This document shows positions 41,038 to 50,134 of a DNA stretch of 64,000 nucleotides, one piece after another. How positions within the stretch are numbered: position 1 is the stretch's first letter; each line of letters opens with the position of its first letter. The stretch spans positions 9,149 through 73,148 of the forward strand of contig CALVHN010000001.1 of NCBI GenBank assembly GCA_944327845.1, given 5' to 3'. The position numbers were made by a program, and so were the translations under genes. The stretch comes from an uncultured Bacilli bacterium. Its GTDB lineage: Bacteria; Bacillota_I; Bacilli_A; RFN20; CAG-826. The notes under the pieces were generated by a model, which searched no databases, was not told the origin of the DNA, and was given only the letters and a program-made list of their open reading frames with translations.

Positions 41038-43392
41038 ATGGGACATTTAATTACTTTAGTAAATGCATCAAAGATTGAAGCAATCTCACTTGCAATATCA
41101 ATCACAGTCATCGTTCTTTTATTTATTACACTTGCAGTATCTTTATATTTATATTATCGATACTATAAAAAATGTATCGATAATAAGATTGAAGATTCAT
41201 ACATTAAAAATGAAATAAAAGGTGAAAATAAAAAGTTTTTTAAACGTTTTGAAAGCTTAAAAAATAATCAAGAATTAACTAAAGATCAAAAGATTGATAA
41301 ATATAATGAAGAATTATTAGTTGAATATGTTGATAATAAAATTGGTAATAATAATTTTATTAAAGTAATTGCTAATTTATTCTTAATTATTTTCTATGTT
41401 TGCTTAATTGCTATTATGGGTTTTGCTATTTATACTCGAAGCCAAGGAGATACTATTCCTCTTGGAAATAGCTATTATGTTGTTATCCAAACTGGATCAA
41501 TGGAAGAAAAAAATAGTGCAAATACTTACTTAGAAGAAAATAATTTAAATGATCAAATCGAGACATTTTCTTTAATTGGATTAGATTATGTTGATAGTCC
41601 AGATGAATTAGAACAATATGATATTGTTGCTTATTATGATGATGATAACAATTTAATTGTTCATAGAATTATTAATATTACTTATGATGAAAATAATAAT
41701 CCTATCTATACTTTAAGAGGTGATAGCAATACTTTCTCAAATAGTGATGAAAGAAGTTTAACTTTTGATGATATCGAAGGAAAATATAATGGATTTCAAA
41801 ATTTTGGCTTAGGTTTAACTATCAATTATATGAAATCTAATATTGGCATAATTGCTATATCTTTAGGCTTAATTTTAATTATGATCTATGACTACTTTGA
41901 TATCTTACTAGGTAAAAGAATTAAATTAAGAAAAGAAGAAATTTATCCTTTAATTGATGAAGAAAATATTAATACTTTAAAAGGTTTGACTTATGTTCCT
42001 GTTATTGAAGAAGAAGTTAAAGAAGAAACGATAGAAGAAATAAATGAAACACCTTTAGAAGAAGTTATTGAAAATAAAGAGGAAGTTTTAACTACAAATA
42101 GCGAAGAAAATAAAGATGAAATCTTAGTTAATCAAGAAATAAATAATGAAAATAATCTTCAAGATATAAATATTGAAACACAAGAAGAAAATAAACCTGA
42201 TATAGATGTAGTTGTTGTTCCTATTGTTCAAAAAACTAAAAAAGCTCGTAAAAAGATGATTCCATTTAACGATAAACTTTTAAGAGCAAGTGATGACTTA
42301 AAATTAAAATATGAATACTTAAGAGATTATATTTTAAGCTTTGGATTAAAACATCGTATTTCAAGACAATTTGATAATTATTCATTACATAGAGTGAGAT
42401 ATTTCTGTTTTGTTTTAAGAGGAAAAGCTTTATTTATTCACTTTAAACTTGATATTAATGATTATGCAGATTCAACAATTCCAGTTAAATTAGATGATAA
42501 AGTTAAATATCAGGATGTTCCAGTAATCTTTAAAGTTAAATCTAATCTTTCATTAAAACGTGCTAAATCTTTAATTGATGATGTTATGAGCAATGAAGGA
42601 TTTGAACAAAAATATGAATTTATCTCTCATTTTAATTTAAATGATATCGATGAAACTGAAGAAATTGAAGATGATTTTGAAGATGAATTTGATGATAATG
42701 ATTACGAAATTGAAGAAGTAGAAACTACTAATGAAAATAATGAAGAAGAAAAAGTAGTTGAAACTGATAATTTAAATGATAATGAAGCTTCTAATGAATC
42801 TATTGAAGATGATAATTCTAATGTCGAAATTAATAAAGAAGAATCTGATGAAGAAGAATTAAAAGACAATAATGAAGACACTGAAGATGAAAAAGATGTT
42901 GAAGTAGAAGAAGACTCTAACGACATCGAAGAAGAACAAAATATTTCTTTTGATTCACAAAATGAAGAAAATAATGATCAAGTTATTAAGGTTAAAAGAA
43001 AGAGAAATCCTGTTGTTAAACTTTCAACTAAACTTAATTTAATTCCTCAAGATTTAAAAGAAAAATATGATGAAATTATAAAATATGCTTCTAATTATGG
43101 ATTAAAAGGTAGAATTTCTAATACTCAATATACTTTTAGACTTCATAGAGTTACATATATTGTTGTTCAAATTAGAAATAATGCTTTAAGATTACATTTT
43201 AAACTTGAAGAATCTGATTTTGATGAAAATAATAAGATTCCATTTAAAAATGATTCAAAGAAAGCCAAGTTTATTGATACTCCAATCTTCTTTAAAGTTA
43301 AATCTAAATTATCTTTAAAAAGATGTAAAATGATGATTGATGTTTTAGCTAAAAAGTATAATTTTGAAAAGAAAGATGAATCTATAAATTAG
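41038..43392 (+). CDS. membrane protein carrying a SipW-type (S26B) signal-peptidase domain, an acidic linker and two tandem ~125-aa C-terminal domains
   Basis: Peptidase boxes 'VVIQTGSMEE' (Ser box), 'YDIVAYY...LIVHRII' (His box) and 'YTLRGDSN' (compare SipW 'SGSMEP', 'THRV', 'KGDNN'), flanked by transmembrane segments. Residues ~403-525 and ~645-775 are clearly paralogous ('...LHRVRYFCFVLRGKALFIHFKLD...FKVKSNLSLKRAKSL' against '...LHRVTYIVVQIRNNALRLHFKLE...FKVKSKLSLKRCKMM'). Confidence 0.5.
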   Translation: MGHLITLVNASKIEAISLAISITVIVLLFITLAVSLYLYYRYYKKCIDNKIEDSYIKNEIKGENKKFFKRFESLKNNQELTKDQKIDKYNEELLVEYVDNKIGNNNFIKVIANLFLIIFYVCLIAIMGFAIYTRSQGDTIPLGNSYYVVIQTGSMEEKNSANTYLEENNLNDQIETFSLIGLDYVDSPDELEQYDIVAYYDDDNNLIVHRIINITYDENNNPIYTLRGDSNTFSNSDERSLTFDDIEGKYNGFQNFGLGLTINYMKSNIGIIAISLGLILIMIYDYFDILLGKRIKLRKEEIYPLIDEENINTLKGLTYVPVIEEEVKEETIEEINETPLEEVIENKEEVLTTNSEENKDEILVNQEINNENNLQDINIETQEENKPDIDVVVVPIVQKTKKARKKMIPFNDKLLRASDDLKLKYEYLRDYILSFGLKHRISRQFDNYSLHRVRYFCFVLRGKALFIHFKLDINDYADSTIPVKLDDKVKYQDVPVIFKVKSNLSLKRAKSLIDDVMSNEGFEQKYEFISHFNLNDIDETEEIEDDFEDEFDDNDYEIEEVETTNENNEEEKVVETDNLNDNEASNESIEDDNSNVEINKEESDEEELKDNNEDTEDEKDVEVEEDSNDIEEEQNISFDSQNEENNDQVIKVKRKRNPVVKLSTKLNLIPQDLKEKYDEIIKYASNYGLKGRISNTQYTFRLHRVTYIVVQIRNNALRLHFKLEESDFDENNKIPFKNDSKKAKFIDTPIFFKVKSKLSLKRCKMMIDVLAKKYNFEKKDESIN

Positions 43393-43422
43393 GTTAATTC
43401 TCAATCATTCTTATTATTTATT

Positions 43423-43478
43423 ATCTATTCGATTTAAGTGAAAGATTATATCTTATTTAAATCGAATAGATTTTTATT
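43423..43478 (+). terminator. long-stem terminator after the surface-protein operon
   Basis: Perfect 15-bp inverted repeat ATCTATTCGATTTAA / TTAAATCGAATAGAT with a 19-nt loop, followed by TTTTATT. Confidence 0.5.
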
Positions 43479-43753
43479 ATTAAGAAAATTAAATCTATTT
43501 AATAATAGCATTATTAAATATAAGATTAATTATGGTTAATTATTTTTTGTCTTAACTCTATCTAATTATTTATTTTATCTTTAATTATTGAAAGTATTGG
43601 ATGTTTATTAATTAATAATATTATTAGTTTTAATTTAATTTATATTAGTACTTTATTAATGCTAGTACTTTTAATTATCTATTCTTTATTAATATTAAAA
43701 TCATTAAGATATATTAAAGAATAAGTTAATTTAAAGTAAAAAGCTTGCAAAAC

Positions 43754-44422
43754 TTAATTATTTTCTTTATTTTCTTTTTTCTCTTTAATTTTATTTTTAA
43801 TTAAATTATAAAGTGTAGGAGTATATTTAACTAAATAATAACCTAATATTCCGATAACTATTCCTAAACCCATTCCAGCAATAACATCGCTCATATAATG
43901 ATGAGATAAAAGAACACGAGTTAATCCCATAATAACAGCAAAGACAATAAAGAAAATCATAAATGGAAGATAAAATTTTCTTTCTTTTTTATTAAAGATA
44001 TATTCTATTGTAATTAAAGAAGCTACTGAAAAACATTCAAAGGTATGACCACTTGGAAAAGAAGCAGAAGAAGGAGCGATCCCATAAACTATTCCATCAT
44101 GATTAGTAATTGAAACTAATTGTGGTAGAAGTTCAGGATCTTCAAAAGGACGAGCGCGATCAAAGATATTTTTAAATATTAAATCATTAAAGATTAAAGC
44201 TAAGATAATTCCAACAAAACAGTAGATTCCTAATTTTCTAGTTTTCTTGAAGAATAAGAATAAAATCCCTGCTAAAATGAAGAATATTCCATAATCCCCT
44301 AAACTTGAAAAAGCGATAATTATATCTTGAAGGAAATGTGGCATCTTATCAAATAAATTAGAAAACCATATTGCAATTGAGTTATCAAACCCGTTTGACC
44401 AAATATTACTTAATATAAACAT
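43754..44422 (-). CDS. PAP2-family membrane phosphatase
   Basis: PAP2 motifs 'FPSGH' and 'SHHYMSD' ('SRxxxxxHxxxD'), and multiple transmembrane segments. Confidence 0.6.
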   Translation of the reverse strand: MFILSNIWSNGFDNSIAIWFSNLFDKMPHFLQDIIIAFSSLGDYGIFFILAGILFLFFKKTRKLGIYCFVGIILALIFNDLIFKNIFDRARPFEDPELLPQLVSITNHDGIVYGIAPSSASFPSGHTFECFSVASLITIEYIFNKKERKFYLPFMIFFIVFAVIMGLTRVLLSHHYMSDVIAGMGLGIVIGILGYYLVKYTPTLYNLIKNKIKEKKENKENN

Positions 44423-44426
44423 ATTT

Positions 44427-44852
44427 TTATAACCTCTCTTTCTTTTTTATATATTCGTATGCTAATGATAAAGTTTCTTTATCACTTTGATGAGTTAATA
44501 ATTGATAAGCTTCATTAAATGGATGGAATTCGATTTTGATAACTTCATTATCATGATTATCATAAGCTTTTTGATTATTATCAACAACTTTAGCAACATA
44601 AAATATCACATCTTTAATTATTCCTTCAAATGGAGAATATGTAATTGTATGAGAAAAATTTGTATCTAATAAGACATCAAGATTAGTTTCTTCTTTTATC
44701 TCTCTTAATGCTGTTTCACTTAATGTTTCATTTTTCTCTTGATGGCCTTTTACAAGTGAAATATGTCCTAAACTCATATATTCAATAAGAAAATATAATT
44801 TATTATTAATAAGTTTATATATAACAGCGCCTGAAGAAATTTCTTTTTTCAT
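44427..44852 (-). CDS. NUDIX hydrolase
   Basis: Nudix box 'GHQEKNETLSETALREIKEETNL' (GX5EX7REUXEEXGU pattern). Confidence 0.55.
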   Translation of the reverse strand: MKKEISSGAVIYKLINNKLYFLIEYMSLGHISLVKGHQEKNETLSETALREIKEETNLDVLLDTNFSHTITYSPFEGIIKDVIFYVAKVVDNNQKAYDNHDNEVIKIEFHPFNEAYQLLTHQSDKETLSLAYEYIKKKERL

Positions 44853-44918
44853 AGGTTAAATATTAATATATTTTCTTCTTGCTCGCAAGGCTATAAATGA
44901 GTATAATATTAAAGTATT

Positions 44919-44994
44919 GGGTGTTTAGCTCAGCTGGGAGAGCATCTGTTTGACGTACAGAAGGTCACAGGTTCGAGCCCTGTAGCACCCACCA
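44919..44994 (+). tRNA. tRNA-Val (GAC)
   Basis: Cloverleaf: acceptor GGGTGTT/AGCACCC, D-arm GCTCAGCTGGGAGAGC, anticodon stem TCTGT/ACAGA with loop TTGACGT, T-arm GGTTCGAGCC, and an encoded CCA. Confidence 0.8.
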
Positions 44995-45046
44995 GTTTGT
45001 TATTTATAAGGAGAGGATTTATTAAAATCCTTTTTTATTAGAAAAA

Positions 45047-45119
45047 GCACCAATAGTTCAGTGGTAGAACACTAGCTTCCCAAGCTAGTTATGCGGGTTC
45101 GATTCCCGTTTGGTGCTCC
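45047..45119 (+). tRNA. tRNA-Gly (anticodon loop TTCCCAA, read as CCC)
   Basis: Acceptor GCACCAA/TTGGTGC, D-arm TAGTTCAGTGGTAGAAC typical of tRNA-Gly, anticodon stem CTAGC/GCTAG, and T-arm GGGTTCGATTCCC. Confidence 0.7.
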
Positions 45120-45166
45120 GACTTATATTGAAATTAAGACTTAGGGTATATATGACTTAAGTCTTT

Positions 45167-45859
45167 TTATTTGCTATTTTCATCCTTTGAAATAAGTTCT
45201 TCTAAAAGAAGACCAACATTAGAACCAAGGTTATTTTTTAACATTTTTAAATCTTCACAGAAAAATTTCTCGTTTTTTATTGCTGTCTGGATTTTGTCTT
45301 TAAACTTTTCAAAATTTAAATTTGATTTTGTACAATTAAAAAAATCAGATAATTTAATTTCTAAAAATCTTTTTCCTCCTTTTCTAGTTTTTCGATTCTC
45401 TAACATCGCTTTAGGATCTAATGTAAAAATCTTATCATCATGCATTAATAAAAATAGTTCAAATGTTGGGTTAGAAAGACAAATATTATAGTTCTCATTT
45501 TCACATTTATTAAAGAATTCATCTAATTGTTCTTCTTTAAAGTTTTGTGGATCTCTATCTATTATAAAGAAAACTTTATCAATCTTTGGATCATAAGTAA
45601 TTTTATTGTCCTTAATTGATTTTTTAAAATTTTTAAGTTTAAGTAATGGATGGCTTTGTCCATTTTCATCAATCTCATTTTTTATTAACCTTATATCAAT
45701 TAAATAATTTATGTTTAAATAATCAGTATTTGCTTTTATACCTTGAAAATATTTAATTTCAGTAACATCTCCTTCAGTAACAATGAAGTATTTAGACTTT
45801 GGTTCGATATTACCTCTTTTTCTTGTTAAATTAAGATTATTTTCATTTAATTCTCTCAT
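45167..45859 (-). CDS. RloB-like protein (AbiLii-like partner of the AAA ATPase)
   Basis: N-terminal 'KYFIVTEGDVTEIKYF' and C-terminal 'FFIIDRDPQ...CLSNPTFELFLLMH' match the RloB-family pattern (IVCEGEKTE...SNPcFElWlLLH). Translationally coupled to the upstream ATPase. Confidence 0.6.
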   Translation of the reverse strand: MRELNENNLNLTRKRGNIEPKSKYFIVTEGDVTEIKYFQGIKANTDYLNINYLIDIRLIKNEIDENGQSHPLLKLKNFKKSIKDNKITYDPKIDKVFFIIDRDPQNFKEEQLDEFFNKCENENYNICLSNPTFELFLLMHDDKIFTLDPKAMLENRKTRKGGKRFLEIKLSDFFNCTKSNLNFEKFKDKIQTAIKNEKFFCEDLKMLKNNLGSNVGLLLEELISKDENSK

Positions 45860-47277
45860 TAATAATTATCTCCAATTGAAGACGTGACTTCAAAAGTTGG
45901 TATGCCTCCATATCGACCTTCTAAATACGCTTTATCAATTTTTTTATCAAATCTTTCGTTATATTTTTCTAATGAATAAAGGGTAGTTGGACCATTTTTG
46001 TCTCTATCTGTAAACCATATTTCATCTCTTCTTAATAAATTGAAATCTAACAATCTCGATTCATGAGTAGTAACGACTAATTGGCTATTTTCTGTTGCTT
46101 CAAGAAAATATTTAACAAATTCATAAGTTAATTCTGGATGAAAACATCTATCTAATTCATCGATAAAGTATACTTTTTCTCCTTTTGTATTTAAAAGTAC
46201 ACCAATTAAATCAAATAATCTTTGTGTTCCATCTGATTCTTCGATAAATAAATAATCACCATCATTGTTTTTATGGTTTAAAACTACTTTCTTAACATTA
46301 TATTGATTATTGTCTCGATTAATAAAAAACATTTCTCGGTTGATGCGTAAAGAAACTAATGGTTTTTCAGTAATGTTATTTTTAACTCGGTTAATATAAG
46401 CGGTATCTAAATTATTTAACATATTTTTTAAAAATTCTGGTGGAAGATTTAAACTTAATAATTCATCTAAAGAACTATCAACTAAATTACATTGACTTAT
46501 ACCTGTTCCAAATTTTGAAATTAATTCATTAATTTTATTAAGACTTTCTTCAGATAAAAATAGTGGAGAAGAGTCTAAACTTAATTGTGGGAATATTATA
46601 ACTAATGAGTTTAAAAACCAATTATAAATATCTTTAAAAATAGTTACATTGTTGTCGTTATATTCTCGATATAAGGTATCTTTATTTTTATTCATAATTG
46701 TTAAAAACAAAATAGTATCTTGATCTTTCATATCTGAATAATAAACATCTAACCTTTTTAAGATTTCTTTGTTGTTATTGAAATAATTGTTATCTAGATT
46801 AATGTTTTCGTGTAATTTACGATTAAAAATTAATTCTTCTTTATTTGATTTTTTATTAAGTTTATATAGCCATTCAGCTTTAATGCTATTTTTGGATAAC
46901 AAAATGTCAAAGCCGTAGGCATATAAATTATTATTAATTTCAATTTCAAAATCAAAAGAGCTCATTTTATCTTTATTTTCGGTATTTATTCGACAATATA
47001 AATTAGAACAATTTCCTCTAATACCACTTAATATTATATTTTTAGCAAAGGAAACGGCTTTTATTAAATTTGATTTTCCTGAAGAATTAGCTCCATAAAT
47101 TGCAGAAAATTTTAATAGTTTTAAATCATTATTTTTTTTAATGATGTGATTCTCTTTTTTTTTTGTACTTCCTGCAATCATCGAAAGTTCTTGTTCTTCT
47201 TGAAAAGATAAATAGTTTGATACTTTGAAATTGATTAACATTTTTTCTCCTTTAAAATGTGAAATTTTCACATTCAT
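45859..47277 (-). CDS. AAA-family (ABC-like/RloA-AbiLi-like) ATPase
   Basis: Walker A 'SAIYGANSSGKSNLIKA', a Q-loop region, Walker B 'VYFIDELDRCFHPE', and a D-loop/H-motif 'VVTTHESRLLD'. Its stop overlaps the start of the RloB-like gene. Confidence 0.7.
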   Translation of the reverse strand: MNVKISHFKGEKMLINFKVSNYLSFQEEQELSMIAGSTKKKENHIIKKNNDLKLLKFSAIYGANSSGKSNLIKAVSFAKNIILSGIRGNCSNLYCRINTENKDKMSSFDFEIEINNNLYAYGFDILLSKNSIKAEWLYKLNKKSNKEELIFNRKLHENINLDNNYFNNNKEILKRLDVYYSDMKDQDTILFLTIMNKNKDTLYREYNDNNVTIFKDIYNWFLNSLVIIFPQLSLDSSPLFLSEESLNKINELISKFGTGISQCNLVDSSLDELLSLNLPPEFLKNMLNNLDTAYINRVKNNITEKPLVSLRINREMFFINRDNNQYNVKKVVLNHKNNDGDYLFIEESDGTQRLFDLIGVLLNTKGEKVYFIDELDRCFHPELTYEFVKYFLEATENSQLVVTTHESRLLDFNLLRRDEIWFTDRDKNGPTTLYSLEKYNERFDKKIDKAYLEGRYGGIPTFEVTSSIGDNY

Positions 47278-47857
47278 ATATATTAATATATTATTTTTTA
47301 ATTTTTTTCAATATTTAACTATATTTTTATGTGAAAAAATCACATTTATGATATTTTTTAATAAATATCTTTTATTTAATCAAAATTATATTAATAAAGA
47401 TATTTTATAAATGTATCTTGTTGAGATGAATATAAAAAATCTTTTGTAATATTTTTAATAAAAAAACTTGATATCATTTGTTAGATTTTAGATAACAAGT
47501 TTCTAAAATTAGAGATTAATTTATGTCAAATAAAACATCTAGATTAATTATAGGTGTTTAAAGTATTAATTTTTTAATATCAATTAATCTAAAAACTACA
47601 CTAACAATGCAGTTAATAAAATTAATTTGAAGTATTTTTAAATTAAAAAAATAATATAGAAAAAAGGAATCATAAAAAAGTTAATTAATGTTAGTAATTC
47701 AACTTTATTTACTAATTCTTAAAACCTTTTAGAATTTAAGATTCAATAATTATTTTCTTTTTAAATTCAATCTTCTTATTTAAAAAAGTATTTTAAGTTT
47801 AGCGATTTATAACATTTTTAATTAAGCGATTTAAAAATATAAAGTTAAAGAATTGTT

Positions 47858-48695
47858 TTAATTAATTTCCTTTATTTCATCAATAATAGATTTATTTTTC
47901 TTTTTATATATAACATAAAAAGATTGAGTTGCTTCTTTATCTAAAATTGGTAAACAAATACGATTTTTATTTTCTCTCATATATAAAGTAATATTAGTGG
48001 CAAAAGCTGGAATAGAAGAAGCATCAATTATATCTTGAAGTTCATTTTTATTTTGATAGAAAAATCGAGAATTAGGTAATTTTTCTTTAATAATATTTTT
48101 CCAAATTCCAATATCATTTAATACTAAAAAAGATTGTCCATCTAAATCATTAAAAGTTATTCCATCTTTTTTAAAAGAAAGAAAATGATTTAATGGTAAA
48201 GAAGCAAATAATTTTTCTTCCATTATTTTTTCACAAATTATTTTATCATTTATAAAAGGATGATTAATAAAAGCAATATCTTTTGTACCATTTATAATGT
48301 CATTTATGCATTCATTTTCTTCTTCTATACATAAATTAAAGTGGTGTTTAGCTTTATTAAAAATAAAACAATTTGGAAATTTAAAGGTTGGACCGGGAGC
48401 AGTTAATGCAACTTGATAGGTAAGTTCTTTAAGTTTTAATTCTTTTGCTTTTTCTTTTAATCTTTCTTCTAAAGAAATGATGTTTTTAACATATTCAGCA
48501 ATTATTTTTCCATTTTCATTAATAATAATTTTATTAGGAAAACGATCAAATAATTTAAGATCTAATTCATCTTCTAACTTTTGAATTGCTTTAGTAATAG
48601 AAGGTTGAGAAATAGAAAGCTTTTCACTAGCTTTAAGAATAGTACCTTCTTCATAAACTGCTAAAAAAATATTCTAATAAATATGATTCAATCAT
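47858..48695 (-). pseudogene. LysR-family transcriptional regulator, frameshifted in an A7/T7 run 11 codons from the start
   Basis: Minus-strand ATG at 48695 gives 'MIESYLLEYF' and then shifts frame inside the T7 run (plus A7 at 48663-48669). The +1 frame continues as the LysR helix-turn-helix 'LAVYEEGTILKASEKLSISQPSITKAIQKLEDELDLKLFDR' with no stops through to 47858. The ORF track reports only the distal 121 aa. Confidence 0.55.
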
Positions 48696-48801
48696 TTTTA
48701 AGTTCTAGTATTCTTTATAATTATACTATTATGCATAATCAATATAAACATCTTTTCATAAATACTAATACAATTAAGTTATAAGGAGTTTAAAAAAGAA
48801 G

Positions 48802-49269
48802 ATGAAAAATTTAATTGTATACTTTACTTGGTCTAATAATACTAAAAAATTAGTATTAGATATAAATAAAGAATTTAATTTTGATATATTAAGAATAGAT
48901 CGTAAAAAACCATATTCAGAAAACTATAATACTTGTGCTTATGTTGAAGCAAAAGAAGAAGTTTCAAAACATATTTTTCCTGAAATAAGTGATTTTAGCG
49001 TTGATTTTAATGAATATAACAATATTTTACTATTCTTTCCAATATGGTGGTATACATTTCCAATGGTAATTGGAACTTTTATTAAAAAGATAAAAGGTTT
49101 TAAAGGAAATGTATATTATTTTGCAAATAGCTATACCAATGATTACCAATATATGATTAATGTAAGAAGAGATTTGTTAAAAATTGATTCAAGTATCAAT
49201 TTTAAAGAAGGGTTATTTAATAAAAATTTAAAAGATCATATTGATTTTATTAGAAGGGAGGTTAAATAA
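48802..49269 (+). CDS. flavodoxin-family protein (cytoplasmic paralog)
   Basis: 'LIVYFTWSNNTKKL' and 'FFPIWW' parallel the flavodoxin motifs of the downstream lipoprotein ('VVYFSATGNTE', 'GAPVWW'). Confidence 0.45.
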   Translation: MKNLIVYFTWSNNTKKLVLDINKEFNFDILRIDRKKPYSENYNTCAYVEAKEEVSKHIFPEISDFSVDFNEYNNILLFFPIWWYTFPMVIGTFIKKIKGFKGNVYYFANSYTNDYQYMINVRRDLLKIDSSINFKEGLFNKNLKDHIDFIRREVK

Positions 49270-49270
49270 T

Positions 49271-50131
49271 ATGAATACTTTTGAACTTAGTAATGGTGTT
49301 AAAATTCCAGAAAATGGATTTGGCGTTTATCAAGTTAGTAAAGAAGATTGTATAAAAAGTGTTTTATCAGCTTTAAAGGTTGGATATCGACATATCGATA
49401 CTGCTCAATCATATTTTAATGAAAGTGAAGTTGGAGAAGGTATTAAAGAAAGTGGTATTGATAGAAAAGATATCTTTTTAACTACTAAAGTATGGATTGA
49501 TAATTATGGAGAAAATAAAACTTATCAATCGGTTATTGAATCAATGAAAAAGTTAAAAACCGATTACTTAGATTTAATTCTTCTTCATCAACCAGTTAAT
49601 GATTATTATGGAGCGTATCGAGATTTAGAAAAACTTTATAAAGAAGGTAAAGTTAGAGCAATCGGTGTTTCTAATTTTTATAGTGATAGATTAGTTGATT
49701 TATGTTTATTTAGTGAAATTAAACCAATGGTTAATCAAATAGAAGTTAATCCATTCAACCAAAGAGAAGAAGATAAAAAATGGGCAGATAAATATGGAGT
49801 GTTACTTGAAGGATGGGCTCCTTTTGGAGAAGGAAGAAACAATATGTTTACTAATCCTACCCTTTTATCTATTGCTTCTAAACATCGTAAATCAGTTGCT
49901 CAAGTTATTTTACGTTGGCTTTATCAAAGAGGAATCGTATCTTTAGCTAAATCAATTCATGAAGAAAGAATCAAAGAAAATAATGATATTTATGATTTTT
50001 CATTAGATGAAGCTGATTTAGAAAGAATTAGATTATTGAATACAAATCAATCATTATTTTTCTCTCATCAAGATCCAAATATGATTGAATGGTTTGGTAA
50101 TTTAATTATTGAAAGAAGAAACAAAAAATAA
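49271..50131 (+). CDS. aldo/keto reductase
   Basis: AKR signatures 'GYRHIDTAQSYFNE', 'LDLILLHQP', 'IGVSNF'. The ATG at 49271 follows a GGAGG ribosome-binding site. Confidence 0.8.
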   Translation: MNTFELSNGVKIPENGFGVYQVSKEDCIKSVLSALKVGYRHIDTAQSYFNESEVGEGIKESGIDRKDIFLTTKVWIDNYGENKTYQSVIESMKKLKTDYLDLILLHQPVNDYYGAYRDLEKLYKEGKVRAIGVSNFYSDRLVDLCLFSEIKPMVNQIEVNPFNQREEDKKWADKYGVLLEGWAPFGEGRNNMFTNPTLLSIASKHRKSVAQVILRWLYQRGIVSLAKSIHEERIKENNDIYDFSLDEADLERIRLLNTNQSLFFSHQDPNMIEWFGNLIIERRNKK

Positions 50132-50134
50132 TAA

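Noticed and set aside
45011-45040. Hairpin AGGATTT-ATTAAA-AATCCT plus T6 between the two tRNAs as an independent terminator feature
   Set aside because: It is plausibly just a processing or terminator spacer within the tRNA cluster, so it is not separately annotated.
47330-47344. TGTGA-N5-TCACA upstream of the AbiL-like operon as a CRP-binding site
   Set aside because: The half-sites match the CRP consensus, but the spacer is 5 nt rather than 6, and the region is extremely AT-rich. It is kept only as a possible operator, not called as a CRP site.
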